Below, piece by piece: positions 27,691 to 37,582 of a stretch of 64,000 nt of DNA (positions are counted from its first letter, which is position 1; the number at the start of each line of letters is the position of its first letter). This DNA comes from Candidatus Binatia bacterium. Lineage in GTDB: Bacteria; Desulfobacterota; Binatia; UBA12015. The stretch is taken from NCBI GenBank assembly GCA_029243485.1, contig JAQWRY010000021.1:118531-182530 (forward strand). The letters run 5' to 3'. A model generated the notes under the pieces. That model was not told where the DNA came from, searched no databases, and saw only the letters and a list, made by a program, of their open reading frames with translations. Made by a program: the position numbers and the translations under genes.

Positions 27691-30351
27691 ATGGACTTTA
27701 CTTTGCCGCGTCTCCTGCTCGCCCTAGTGACCGCCGTGTTGCTGATCCCCGCCACCTCGCACGCGGATGGATTCTACGCCGGCCAGATCACGGAGGAGAA
27801 CCTGGAACGGCTTCCACCGGGGGGTTTGGATGCGATCGGTGGAACCGGAGATTGGTTCCTCACGAACGGCGCTCTTTGTGCCGTCGTCTCCTCGCGTGAA
27901 CACCCGACGTATCTCTCGCTCCACGGCGGCGTCCTGGTCGACCTCTGGCACTGCGCGAAAGCCAACGACCAATGGAGCACGATCCACCCGGTGTACAACC
28001 TGGATAAGGAGAAGATCCCACCGGCCGGCGAGATCCTCGCCGGCAGCAGCGACGAGGAGGCCTGGGTCGAAACCCGCGCGCCCGCGCACGGACTCGACAC
28101 CGTCACGCGATACGCGTTCACCGACACGTCCCCGGGCGCACTCTCCGTAACCACGACGATCACGCGCACCGAAGACGGCGAGCCCTTACAGATCTTCGGA
28201 AACATCATTCTGCACCCCCGAGGTTCGCTCACGCCCTTCACCGTCGACACCGTCGATGGCGCGTTCTCACGGGGCTTCGATCAGCCCGAGGTCGATACCT
28301 CCGACCCCACTTCGATCGTCTCGACCGTGAGCGCGGCCGATCTGCAGCTCCTTCTGGGAAGCCGCCACATCGAACCCCCCATCAGCTACGGGGTCCAGAC
28401 GCTCGAGACGACACACACGGATGCCGAGGGCGGCCGGGACTCCGTGATGCCTTTTCTCATGGGCGGCCAGTACTTCACCATTCTCGGAATCTTCTCCGAG
28501 CCTTTCTACACCTGGGGCCGCGCACCCGGCTTGCTGAGCTTTCTTCGCAGCCGCTTCTTCGAGCTCGAGGTGGGCGAGAGCCTCACGGTGCGACAGTCCA
28601 TTCACGTCGGCGACCGCGCCGACGCCGCCTCCATCACCGACCGGATCTACCGCGGGCCCTTCGTCACGGGACAGCTCGACACGGGCGAGGCGGCAATCAC
28701 CGTCAAAGATGCGGAAGGAGTCGATCTGACGTTCGTGCGCCCGAGCGCCGACGGCCGGTTTCGGTTTCGCCTCCCCGCTCACGCCACGAGCGCGACGCTG
28801 GTCGTCACCACGCCGTGGAGCGAGACCCGCCGAACCCTCGAGACACTCGACGAAGCGGCCGATCTGGGCCGAATGTCGACCGGCGCTGTCGCGACCTTAC
28901 GCCTCCCCCGCGGCACACCGATGAACCTAATCTTCACGAAGGAGAATCAGCCGCAGATCTTCCGAAACGAGCTCACGAACAGCCGGATCGGCGGCGTGCG
29001 AGCGTTGACCGGGCCCGAAGGCCGCCGACTCAGCCTCGCGGGAAGCCATCGAGATCCCCGAAGCGTACGGTTGGCGCCGGGCCGCTACCGCGTCGTAGCG
29101 GGCCGCGGGCCGGAGTACTCGATGCAAGAAACCACGATCGAGCTCACCGCAGGAGACACGGTCGACCTCGAGATCGAAGCGCCAGCGCGGGCGGTCGATT
29201 CGGATGGTCTGATCGGTGCGGACTTCCACGTGCATAGCGGCGTCAGTTTCGATTCCAGTCTGCTCCCGGAGCACCGCATCCTCGACTTCGTCGCCCAGGG
29301 TGCGGAGATCCTCGTGCCGACCGAGCACAACATCACGACCGACCTGCAGCCGACGATCGAAGCCCTCGGTCTCGCAGATAGCGTCGTAAGCTTTCCCGGC
29401 GTCGAGTTGACGGGGATGGTGCGCACTCCTCAGGCACCGACCACCATCGGCCACAGCAACGTGTTCCCGGTGACGGCGGACTCCACCGCCTTCATGGGGG
29501 GCACCCTGCCCTTCGAGGCGAAGCGACTCGGGCAGGTGATCGACAGCTACAAGAGAGAGTTTCCCAACAGCATCTTCCAGCTCAATCACCCTCGCGTCAG
29601 CACCGCGGATGACGACATCGCGTTTCTGGATCACCTTTCGGTCGGTCGGGAGTTCGACCCCGATACGCCGCTGACCTCCGAGTCGAACAAGAGTCTTGTG
29701 CAAACGCATCCCGGGAGCGAGCATCGCGACATCGACTTCGATGCGATCGAGATCCTCAGCGGCGAGGCGATGGACGGCTATGAAGCCACCCGCCGAGACT
29801 GGTTCTCCTTGCTGAACCAGGGCGTCTACAAAGTGGCGATGGCCAACAGCGACTCCCACGGCAGCCAACAACTGGTCGCATTGCCCCGAACCTATCTCGC
29901 CGTAACGGACGACGATCCGATGACCGTGACGCCCGCGGACATCGTCGGCGCCATCCGCAGCGGACACGTGTACGGGACGACCGGTCCGATCCTCCGCGTC
30001 GCGCTCGGAGAAACCTCGCCGGGCGGCGTTCACGAGGGCCGAAGCGGTGTCCTGAACGTCCGGGTCGACAGCGCCCCGTGGGTTCCCGTAGACGAGGTTC
30101 GGATCTGGATCGACGGACAGCTCTGGAATACCGTGTCCATCCGCTCCGGCGAAAGCGTGTCCGTGAACATCACCGCCGACCACGACAGTTTCGTGTTCGT
30201 AGAGGCCGCAGGCTCTCCTTCGGCTGCTTACGAAGAACTCGCGCCCGGCTTCACCCCCTTCGCGTTCGCCAACCCGATCTTCATCGACGTGGACGGGAAC
30301 GGCTGGTCGCCTCCGAACCAAACGTTGACCGGCCATTCGTCCGGGAGATAG
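27691..30351 (+). CDS. secreted PHP-domain (CehA/McbA-like) metallohydrolase with large N-terminal domain
   Basis: ATG 27691 inside ORF 27514..30351. Signal peptide MDFTLPRLLLALVTAVLLIPATSHA. PHP-type metal motifs GADFHVHSGVSFDSS, LVPTEHN, MANSDSHG. Confidence 0.7.
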   Translation: MDFTLPRLLLALVTAVLLIPATSHADGFYAGQITEENLERLPPGGLDAIGGTGDWFLTNGALCAVVSSREHPTYLSLHGGVLVDLWHCAKANDQWSTIHPVYNLDKEKIPPAGEILAGSSDEEAWVETRAPAHGLDTVTRYAFTDTSPGALSVTTTITRTEDGEPLQIFGNIILHPRGSLTPFTVDTVDGAFSRGFDQPEVDTSDPTSIVSTVSAADLQLLLGSRHIEPPISYGVQTLETTHTDAEGGRDSVMPFLMGGQYFTILGIFSEPFYTWGRAPGLLSFLRSRFFELEVGESLTVRQSIHVGDRADAASITDRIYRGPFVTGQLDTGEAAITVKDAEGVDLTFVRPSADGRFRFRLPAHATSATLVVTTPWSETRRTLETLDEAADLGRMSTGAVATLRLPRGTPMNLIFTKENQPQIFRNELTNSRIGGVRALTGPEGRRLSLAGSHRDPRSVRLAPGRYRVVAGRGPEYSMQETTIELTAGDTVDLEIEAPARAVDSDGLIGADFHVHSGVSFDSSLLPEHRILDFVAQGAEILVPTEHNITTDLQPTIEALGLADSVVSFPGVELTGMVRTPQAPTTIGHSNVFPVTADSTAFMGGTLPFEAKRLGQVIDSYKREFPNSIFQLNHPRVSTADDDIAFLDHLSVGREFDPDTPLTSESNKSLVQTHPGSEHRDIDFDAIEILSGEAMDGYEATRRDWFSLLNQGVYKVAMANSDSHGSQQLVALPRTYLAVTDDDPMTVTPADIVGAIRSGHVYGTTGPILRVALGETSPGGVHEGRSGVLNVRVDSAPWVPVDEVRIWIDGQLWNTVSIRSGESVSVNITADHDSFVFVEAAGSPSAAYEELAPGFTPFAFANPIFIDVDGNGWSPPNQTLTGHSSGR

Positions 30352-30445
30352 CCTGCGATCGCCTCTCGAAGCCCTGGGTGGCGCGGTCGCCGAGCGGAGC
30401 GTGTTGCTTCTCTAGTCCACCCCGACTCGAAGCACGCTTCTCGAC

Positions 30446-31999
30446 TCAGAGCACCTCTCTCCTCAGGTGATCTGCCAAGCGCAGCGCGAACGCCACAAGA
30501 TTCATCGTGGGATTCGCGATTCCTGCGGTGGCGAAGATGGAACTGCCGGCAACGTAGAGGTTCGCGAGGCCGTGTACGCGACAATCCGCATCGACAACTC
30601 CGTCCTCCGGGCGGCGACTCATTCGCGTGGTGCCGATATGATGATTCCCGATACCGGGTAGGAGTGGACGCTCGAAACGCGGGACCCACGATCGAAGCTG
30701 TGAGCGGGCCCAACCGAGACGGGCGAGTTCTTCCCCCACCACGAGGGCGCCACGGTACAACGAGTAGCGATCGAGTTCTCCCAGCTTCCAATCCAGAACC
30801 GCCCGCCGATTTCCGAGCTCGTCGCGCTCCGCGGACAGTCGAACGCGGCTGTCCCGGTTCGGCGCCTGCTCGAGCACCGTGGTCGCCGAGATCTCACGCA
30901 CCTTGGGGGTGTCGCCCCTCCAGAGCCCCGCGCGCATGGCCCGCCCGACCCCCGACACTTCGTCGTCGTCCGGACCCAAGACCCGATCGCGGCCGAAGAA
31001 GATCAGCATGGACCGCAGAAGGCCGTGCTCGCGTTCGGCCGCATCCGAGGGACTGAGCGCGCGAATCGCCACGCCCGGACCTTCCCCGTCTTCTGCCGGT
31101 GTCCAGTTCAACCCCTGCACGGGGAACGTCGCCGACGCCAAGAGTCGCTGCGCGGAATATGCCGGATGCTCCATGAAGTATCGGCCCACATTGTCGAACT
31201 CATTGCCGAGCCCACCGGGGCTCACGGAATCAGATGCGAGGAGTAGCCGCGGATTCTCGATGCCGCCGCAGGCGAGGACGTAGGCTCGGGCCCGGACAAC
31301 GACGGGCTCCACGCCATCGAACGACCGAAATCGAATCCCAGTGACCTGCCGACCCGCCTCGTCCGAGAGGATCTCGGACGCGTTCGCCCCAACCGCAACG
31401 AAGACGTTCTCCGCGCTGCGCAACTCGTCGCCGTAGGCAGATGCGAATCGAACGATCGGCGAGCTGAGCTGGAAGATCTTGCTCTCCAGCACCGGGCTCC
31501 CGGAGAGGAAGTCGGGACCAAGAGTCCTCTCCCACCCTTCGGGGGAGTAATCGAGTGGGCCGAGGCCACAAATTTCGTGGGCCTCCGCGAGCCAGGGTTC
31601 GAGGTCACCGAACGAGATCGGCCAACCACTTCCAGGCACCCATCCACGCTCCTCGAAATCAATCACATCGAGAGCGCGGGACTGTCCCGACCAGTGGTTG
31701 GTCGTGCCGCCGAAGAAGCGAAGTCGCGAACCGGCGATGGGATACGGCGTGCCTACGATTTCCGTGTCGTACAGCCGCTGCGTTCGCGAGTCGCCGGTTT
31801 CGCCGCCCGACTCGAGCAGCAAGACACGACGACCCGTCCCCACGAGGGAGCGCGCGAGGGTGATCCCGGCGGCGCCCCCACCTACGATGCAGAGGTCGAC
31901 GGAACCGACGTCCGGCAGATCCCTGACCTCGATCAGCACGTCGGCTCGGGCGCGAGCGCCGACGCAACCAGCTGCGCCTCGGTAATCGATACGATCCAA
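30446..31999 (-). CDS. GMC-family FAD-dependent oxidoreductase
   Basis: VDLCIVGGGAAGITLARSL FAD motif; C-terminal HHIGTTRMS...GVVDADCRVHGLANLYVAGSSIFATAGIANPT. An alternative GTG start at 31939 would reduce the overlap with the upstream gene. Confidence 0.85.
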   Translation of the reverse strand: MDRIDYRGAAGCVGARARADVLIEVRDLPDVGSVDLCIVGGGAAGITLARSLVGTGRRVLLLESGGETGDSRTQRLYDTEIVGTPYPIAGSRLRFFGGTTNHWSGQSRALDVIDFEERGWVPGSGWPISFGDLEPWLAEAHEICGLGPLDYSPEGWERTLGPDFLSGSPVLESKIFQLSSPIVRFASAYGDELRSAENVFVAVGANASEILSDEAGRQVTGIRFRSFDGVEPVVVRARAYVLACGGIENPRLLLASDSVSPGGLGNEFDNVGRYFMEHPAYSAQRLLASATFPVQGLNWTPAEDGEGPGVAIRALSPSDAAEREHGLLRSMLIFFGRDRVLGPDDDEVSGVGRAMRAGLWRGDTPKVREISATTVLEQAPNRDSRVRLSAERDELGNRRAVLDWKLGELDRYSLYRGALVVGEELARLGWARSQLRSWVPRFERPLLPGIGNHHIGTTRMSRRPEDGVVDADCRVHGLANLYVAGSSIFATAGIANPTMNLVAFALRLADHLRREVL

Positions 32000-32361
32000 C
32001 CGTCAATCAACACCGAACCGCCTGTGCGCCAGTCCTCGTCGATCGCCTCCTCGAGAGCCGCCGCGACTTCATCGGGCGACGCCGCTTCGAGATCCACACC
32101 GTGTTCGCTCAAGGAGCCGAGGAGCTCTTCACGTTCGCGCTCAGCCGACGAACCGCTCTCCGCCAGATATCGATCGACCAACGGAACGAGTCGGGCCGAA
32201 TCCGGTTCGAGCATACGCAAAGCGCATGACGCAGAGAGGCCCGCGGACGCATCTGCAGAATTCGAGTCCCCTCCGCCGCCGCCACACCCTGCAACGGCGA
32301 CCAGAAGCGCTCCCGACGACAGCCGAACAAAGGCCCGTCGATTGATGTTCGTCTTCCTCAC
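31933..32361 (-). CDS. Tat-signal lipoprotein, probable small partner subunit of the GMC oxidoreductase
   Basis: MRKTNINRRAFVRLSSGALLVAVAGCGGG has a twin-arginine motif plus lipobox. It sits immediately upstream of, and overlaps, the GMC gene, as in gluconate-2-dehydrogenase-type pairs. Confidence 0.6.
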   Translation of the reverse strand: MRKTNINRRAFVRLSSGALLVAVAGCGGGGGDSNSADASAGLSASCALRMLEPDSARLVPLVDRYLAESGSSAEREREELLGSLSEHGVDLEAASPDEVAAALEEAIDEDWRTGGSVLIDGWIVSITEAQLVASALAPEPTC

Positions 32362-32506
32362 GCTATGACGCTACGCTTGCAAGGCTCTCGCCTCCACCCC
32401 TACGACGCGAAATAGCGATCTTCTGTTGGGCGCTCGTCCGAGTTCAGGGGCGAACCGTGGCAGGAACGTAGCCTACCAATCGAAGGCCAAGTACGAATGG
32501 AGCTCG

Positions 32507-33205
32507 ATGAGAGGCCTCCGCTCTGCAGCAATTATTATGTTGAGCGTTTTCGTCGCCGACGTCTCGCTCGCCTGCGGGACGCCCGCGCAAGCGCGACAGC
32601 TCTGGGGGGATCTCTCGCGACGCCTGATCTGCGAGAGCAAGAACGCACCCGGGTGGGACGAGTGGCACGTCTACTTCAATGACGGCGGGTAGGGCGCCAC
32701 ACACGGCCTGTATTACAACTATCGGCTCTCCACCAACGGCAAGGTCCGTCGCTACGCACCGCTCGACATGGCTGGAGAACCAACCCGCCGCCACGAGTAT
32801 TCGACGAACCTCCTGCGCGACCGCACGCTCGCGCTCATCGATACGTGGAGTGGAGAGCCCTTCTTCCTCGAGTACTCACCATTCGCACCACACACGCGGG
32901 CCGTGGCCGTCGACGAAGCCATCGCGGCGATCTCCGATGCGCTCGAGGCCCAGGGCAACGCCGGCAGCTGGCGCCAGTCGATTCTCATCGAGCACTTCAG
33001 CCACGCCGCCGGCGTCGACACCTCGCACGGAATTCGCACGCACCAGTGGAAACTCATCCGTACCGATGCTGCCTCCGGTGTGACCCTCGAGCTCTACGAC
33101 ATAAAGAACGATCCCTTCGAGCTGAACAACGTTGCCGACGAGCCGGGGAAGGCTGAGGTGGTCGCGAGCCTCGTCGCGCAGCTCGACCTGCTCGAACTGG
33201 AGTAG
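32507..33205 (+). pseudogene. arylsulfatase-family remnant, multiply internally deleted, with in-frame TAG
   Basis: Single frame: ...AAIIMLSVF...NAPGWDEWHVYFNDGG*GATHGLYYNYRLSTNGKV...EYSTNLLRDRTLALID...GEPFFLEYSPFAPH...VDEAIAAISDALEAQG...HGIRTHQWKLIR...LELYDIKNDPFELNNVA. TAG at 32690..32692. The catalytic CxPxR region and the SDHG region are absent. Confidence 0.5.
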
Positions 33206-33220
33206 TCGGGAGCTCCGTCG

Positions 33221-34831
33221 CTAGTCGGGCCGCCTCCCCGAACGCCCGAGCCGCTCGGCGACGGCGCGTCCCACCCGAATCCCGTCAAGCGCCGCGCTGA
33301 CGATCCCGCCCGCGTAGCCCGCTCCCTCGCCGCAGGGGTGGAGGCCGGGAAGATCCGGGCTCTCGAGTCCCTCGGGCGTTCGTGGGATCCGGACGGGAGA
33401 ACTCGTGCGAGACTCGACTCCGATCAGCACGCCTTCTTCGGTCACATACCCCCGCATTCGACGATCGAAGCGCGAGAGAGCCTCTCGCAAACGAGAGGCG
33501 ACCTGGAGTCCCGTGCCATCGAGAAGGCCGTCGAGGTCCGCGCTTCCAATCCCGGGCCGGTAGCTGGTCTTCGGCAGCGTGCTCGAAGATCGCCCTGCGA
33601 GAAAGTCGGTTACGCGGACAGCGGGCGCAACGAGGCGACCTCCACCCTGCCGTGCCGCTTCCTGCTCCAATGCGCGCTGCAACGCGATGCCGCCGAGCGG
33701 GCCAGGGAAACCCGCGGCAGCGACGTCCTCCGGTGTCACGCTCACCACCAATCCGGAGTTCGCGTACGGCGAGTTCCGGCGGGAGAGACTCATGCCATTC
33801 ACGACGACGCCGTCGGGCTCTGTCGCCGCCGGCACGATGAATCCGCCCGGGCACATGCAGAAGGAGAAGACGCCGCGCCCCTCCACCTCGTGCGCCAAGC
33901 GGTACGGCGCGCTCGGGAGCCGCGCGTGTCCGGCCGCGCGGCCATACTGGATCGAGTCGATCAACGGCTGCGGGTGTTCGATTCGGGCTCCGAGGGCGAA
34001 GCCCTTGGGCTCCAGCCGAACACCCCGGCGCTCCAGCCCTTCGAGAACGTCGCGCGCGGAATGGCCGGTCGCCAACACCACTGCCTCGGCGGAGACTCCG
34101 CCGCCGTGAGCGAGTTCGACACCGCGCACCCGCCCGCCATCGACGTGTAGGTCGGATACGTGCGCATCAAACCTAAACCGGACGCCAACCGCCTCGAGTC
34201 TCTCCCGAAGCGCCGTCACCACCTGCGGTAGCCGGTTCGACCCGATGTGCGGACGCGCATCTGTCAGAATCCCGTCGGGAGCCCCGTGCTGCGCGAGGAT
34301 CTCGATGACGTCGCGCACGTCGCCACGTTTGTGGGAACGCGTGTAGAGCTTCCCGTCACTATAGGTTCCTGCGCCACCCTCGCCGAAGCAGTAGTTGCTG
34401 TCCGGATCGACGTGCCCCTCCACCGTTAGACCTCGGAGATCGCGACGGCGCGGCCGCACCGGCTTCCCCCGCTCGAGAATCGTCGAGCCGATGCCCGCCC
34501 GGGCGAGCTCGTAGGCGCACCACAGCCCCGCCGGCCCTGCACCGACGATCGCGACCCTGCCCGGATCGTCCACGGGCCGCGGGGATTTTCCAGCGAAGAC
34601 GCGCGCCAGAGCCGGGTCTGTCCCGGTCGCGGCTCCCTCGATTCCGACCGTGAGCCGGAACCGGACCCGCCCCTGGCGAGCATCGATCGAGCTTTTCAGG
34701 AGCCGGATCGGCGGGAGTTCTCCGGAGCTCACTCCGACCGCACGCCCCACCCGGGCGCGGAGCGCCTCGTCATCATCGGGATCATCCAGACCGAGGATGA
34801 TCTCGACGTCCGAGGGGAGCGTGCGAGCCAT
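33221..34831 (-). CDS. FAD-dependent oxidoreductase (COG2509-like)
   Basis: ATG 34831 inside ORF 33221..34897. VAIVGAGPAGLWCAYELARAG dinucleotide motif; ...CFGEGGAGTYSDGKLYTR...; C-terminal GEGAGYAGGIVSAALDG. Confidence 0.8.
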   Translation of the reverse strand: MARTLPSDVEIILGLDDPDDDEALRARVGRAVGVSSGELPPIRLLKSSIDARQGRVRFRLTVGIEGAATGTDPALARVFAGKSPRPVDDPGRVAIVGAGPAGLWCAYELARAGIGSTILERGKPVRPRRRDLRGLTVEGHVDPDSNYCFGEGGAGTYSDGKLYTRSHKRGDVRDVIEILAQHGAPDGILTDARPHIGSNRLPQVVTALRERLEAVGVRFRFDAHVSDLHVDGGRVRGVELAHGGGVSAEAVVLATGHSARDVLEGLERRGVRLEPKGFALGARIEHPQPLIDSIQYGRAAGHARLPSAPYRLAHEVEGRGVFSFCMCPGGFIVPAATEPDGVVVNGMSLSRRNSPYANSGLVVSVTPEDVAAAGFPGPLGGIALQRALEQEAARQGGGRLVAPAVRVTDFLAGRSSSTLPKTSYRPGIGSADLDGLLDGTGLQVASRLREALSRFDRRMRGYVTEEGVLIGVESRTSSPVRIPRTPEGLESPDLPGLHPCGEGAGYAGGIVSAALDGIRVGRAVAERLGRSGRRPD

Positions 34832-34902
34832 GGGACCAGAGTAGCGGAGGAGACTCCGGGTTTCTGGTTGATCCTCCGCCGCCCAGACCCGATACATCCC
34901 AG

Positions 34903-36201
34903 GTGCGCAAAAACCTGATCAAACAAGGCGACGAGCATCTACGGTACGAAATCCGGGAGATCGTCGAGATTGCGGGCGAGATCGTAAAGCGGGGCGTCCC
35001 GATGATCTGGGAGAACATCGGTGACCCGGTCGCCAAGGGCGAGCGCCTGCCCGCCTGGATGAAGGAGGTCGTCCAGCGCGCGGCCGGTGAGGACCAGACG
35101 TACGCCTACTCGCCCAGCAAGGGCGACCTCGCGGCCCGGCAGTTCATCCTCGAGCACTACAGCAATCCCGAGGTCTGCACAGTCGAAGACGTCATCTTCT
35201 TCAACGGACTCGGGGAGGCAATCAACAAGATCTTCTCGAACCTGCCTGCGACCGCACGCGTGCTCGGCCCGAACCCGACCTACCCGTCGCATGCCACCGC
35301 CGAAGCGATGCACCACGGCGGCGAACACCTGACGTACCCACTCGACCTCTCCCGCAATGGTCGCATCGCGCTCGACGCGTTGGAGGAGTCGGTCCGAACG
35401 AACACCGACGTCGTGGGGATCCTGGTCATCAATCCGAACAACCCTCTCGGGGTGGTCCACCCCCGCGAGGACCTCGAGGCCGTAGTGCGGATCGCGCGTG
35501 ACCACGACTGCTTCCTGATCTTCGACGAAATCTACCAGAACCTGGTGTTCGACCGATCGAGGATCGCACGCCTCGCCGATATCGTCGGCGACGTGCCGGC
35601 GATTTCGATGAAGGGCGTCAGCAAAGAGCTGCCCTGGCCGGGAAGCCGCTGCGGTTGGATCGAGGTTTACAATGCAGACCGCGACGAGAATTTCCGCGGC
35701 TATCTCAACACGATCGTCATCAGCAAGATGCTCGAAGTCTGCTCGACGACGTTGCCGCAGGTGGTCTTCCCCAAGATCGTCACGCATCCGGAGTTCGAGC
35801 ATTTTCTTACGGGGCGAATCGAGAAGTACCGAACGCGCACGCGCCAAGCGCTGGAAATCTTCGAGGGCTGCGACGCCATCTGCCCGATCGTTCCCGACGG
35901 CGTCTTCTATCTGACGGCGACCTTCGACACGGACCGGTTCCCCAACGTCGAGAAGCTCCGCTCGAAGAACGCGGAGGTGCGCAGCTACCTCGACATGCTG
36001 GAGGAGAGCAATCACCTCGAGAAAGACAAGCTGTTCGCCTACGAACTGATGGGCAGCGAGGGCGTGTGCGTCGTCCCGCTCTCGGGGTTTTCGAGCCCCC
36101 ACCCCGGTTTTCGCATGACGCTGCTCGAAGAGGACTCCGACCTGTTCGTCGAGACCTGTCGGCGGATCTGCCGCGGCGCCGACGCGTTCTTCCGGAACTA
36201 G
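34903..36201 (+). CDS. PLP-dependent class I/II aminotransferase (AlaA/AlaC-like)
   Basis: 432-aa ORF with GTG start. LRYEIREIVEIAGEIVKRGVPMIWENIGDP...YSPSKGD...FDEIYQNLVF...SMKGVSKELPWPGSRCGW (Lys-containing PLP region). Confidence 0.85.
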   Translation: MRKNLIKQGDEHLRYEIREIVEIAGEIVKRGVPMIWENIGDPVAKGERLPAWMKEVVQRAAGEDQTYAYSPSKGDLAARQFILEHYSNPEVCTVEDVIFFNGLGEAINKIFSNLPATARVLGPNPTYPSHATAEAMHHGGEHLTYPLDLSRNGRIALDALEESVRTNTDVVGILVINPNNPLGVVHPREDLEAVVRIARDHDCFLIFDEIYQNLVFDRSRIARLADIVGDVPAISMKGVSKELPWPGSRCGWIEVYNADRDENFRGYLNTIVISKMLEVCSTTLPQVVFPKIVTHPEFEHFLTGRIEKYRTRTRQALEIFEGCDAICPIVPDGVFYLTATFDTDRFPNVEKLRSKNAEVRSYLDMLEESNHLEKDKLFAYELMGSEGVCVVPLSGFSSPHPGFRMTLLEEDSDLFVETCRRICRGADAFFRN

Positions 36202-36624
36202 TCCGCGAGGGTAAGGGAGACGCAGACGGTCGTTCCCTGTCCTGGAGCGCTCTCGATCCGGAATGCACCGACGCCGGCTCCGAAGAGTCCCTGCGCGACC
36301 GTCACCCCGAGGCCCATGCCCTCGGCTGCCGGCCCCGGGCCGCCGAAACGAACGAAGGGCCCGAGACGGGACAGTTCCTCGTCCGACATGCCCCATCTGC
36401 GATCCGAGATCTCGAGATGCACCCGGCCATCGGTACTCGTCGCCGCGATCTCGCTCCGAGTGCGCGAACGCGTTGTCTAGGATCTCTCCGAGGATCTTCT
36501 CGAGCTGCTTCTCTTGAGCTTCGAGATATCTCTGCAAGGTCTCGAGCGCTCGTACACACTTGTCGAGATCACCAAGGAGCTCCGAATCTGCCGACCCCTG
36601 AGCCCCTGCCGTCGTGGCGAGCAA
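36198..36624 (-). pseudogene. sensor histidine kinase C-terminal remnant (frameshifted, no H-box)
   Basis: The frame of ORF 34939..36624 gives LLGDLDKCVRALETLQRYLEAQEKQLEKILGEILDNAFAHS (N-box). After a frame change near 36440, ORF 36198..36422 gives VHLEISDRRWGMSDEELSRLGPFVRF...GMGLGVTVAQGLF...FRIESAPGQGTTVCVSL (G1/G2 boxes). Confidence 0.55.
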
Positions 36625-36771
36625 CCACGGATAGACCGCTACTTGACGACGATCGAAACGGGCGTGAGAGAGTAGGATCGGGAGTCCGCGCGGACTGAGG
36701 CGTTGTCGACAGGGCTTCGTCCACGCATCGACTGGGATCGAACGAAGATCAGAGTAGGATGGGGCACGCCC

Positions 36772-37572
36772 ATGCCCACACCTTTCCAGTGGTTCTCCCT
36801 GTTCGTGATCGTGCTCGCGACGATGGGTGGCGGATGGGCCCCTCTGTCACGTCCCCGGGATCAGACGAAGGAAGCGGAGGGCTATCCCCTCGGGGAAGCA
36901 TTCGCGGCCGGCATCTTCCTCGCGCTCTCGCTCACGATGATGCTGCCCGCCTCCTACACACTCCTGGCGCGAGCCCTTCCGGGACTGAACTTTCCGATCG
37001 CGTCGTTGATCGCGATCGTCTCGATGCTCGTCCTCCTCGGACTGACTCATATGATTCGGCATCTCGAAGAAGACCTGGAGACCGACGCTTCCCAGGGTGC
37101 GAGCCCGATCGTGCCCGTGATCATGACAGTGATGATCGCAATCCCCTCCTTCTTCCTCGGTGCGGTCCTTGGCGTGAGTGACACAAAACAGGCCCTGCTC
37201 ATCCTGATCGCGATCCTGCTTCACAAGACGTCGGCGGCCTTCGCGTTGGCGCTGAAGCTATCCGAGAGCTCGCTCGCGAGATCTCGCGCCCGGATCGTCT
37301 TCGGCTTCTTCGTCTCCGCAACGCCCATCGGCATCCTCGCCGGCAGCTTCGCCGGATCCGAGCTCGCCGCAAATGCCGTGATTCTCGCCCGCGGTGTCTT
37401 GCTCGCCATGGCGGCGGGCACTTTTCTGTTCATGGGCACGTTGAACGAGCTCCAGAGCACGCCGATGATCCGTCGATGCCGTCACTGGCGCGGATTCACG
37501 GCGATGCTCCTCGGGCTCGGACTCACCACTGCGGCTCGGTGGCTTCTCGGGGAAGCCCACTCTCTGGGATGA
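36772..37572 (+). CDS. ZIP-family divalent metal transporter
   Basis: ATG 36772 inside ORF 36703..37572. About 8 TM segments. LLHKTSAAFALALKL and ...AMAAGTFLFMGTLNEL resemble ZupT/ZIP signature helices. Confidence 0.7.
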   Translation: MPTPFQWFSLFVIVLATMGGGWAPLSRPRDQTKEAEGYPLGEAFAAGIFLALSLTMMLPASYTLLARALPGLNFPIASLIAIVSMLVLLGLTHMIRHLEEDLETDASQGASPIVPVIMTVMIAIPSFFLGAVLGVSDTKQALLILIAILLHKTSAAFALALKLSESSLARSRARIVFGFFVSATPIGILAGSFAGSELAANAVILARGVLLAMAAGTFLFMGTLNELQSTPMIRRCRHWRGFTAMLLGLGLTTAARWLLGEAHSLG

Positions 37573-37582
37573 ACGAGACGCC

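Noticed and set aside
34939-36624. 561-aa minus-strand ORF spanning the aminotransferase gene.
   Set aside because: Most of it is antisense to the well-supported aminotransferase. Only its first 60 or so codons (36440-36624) look real, and those are used in the histidine-kinase remnant call.
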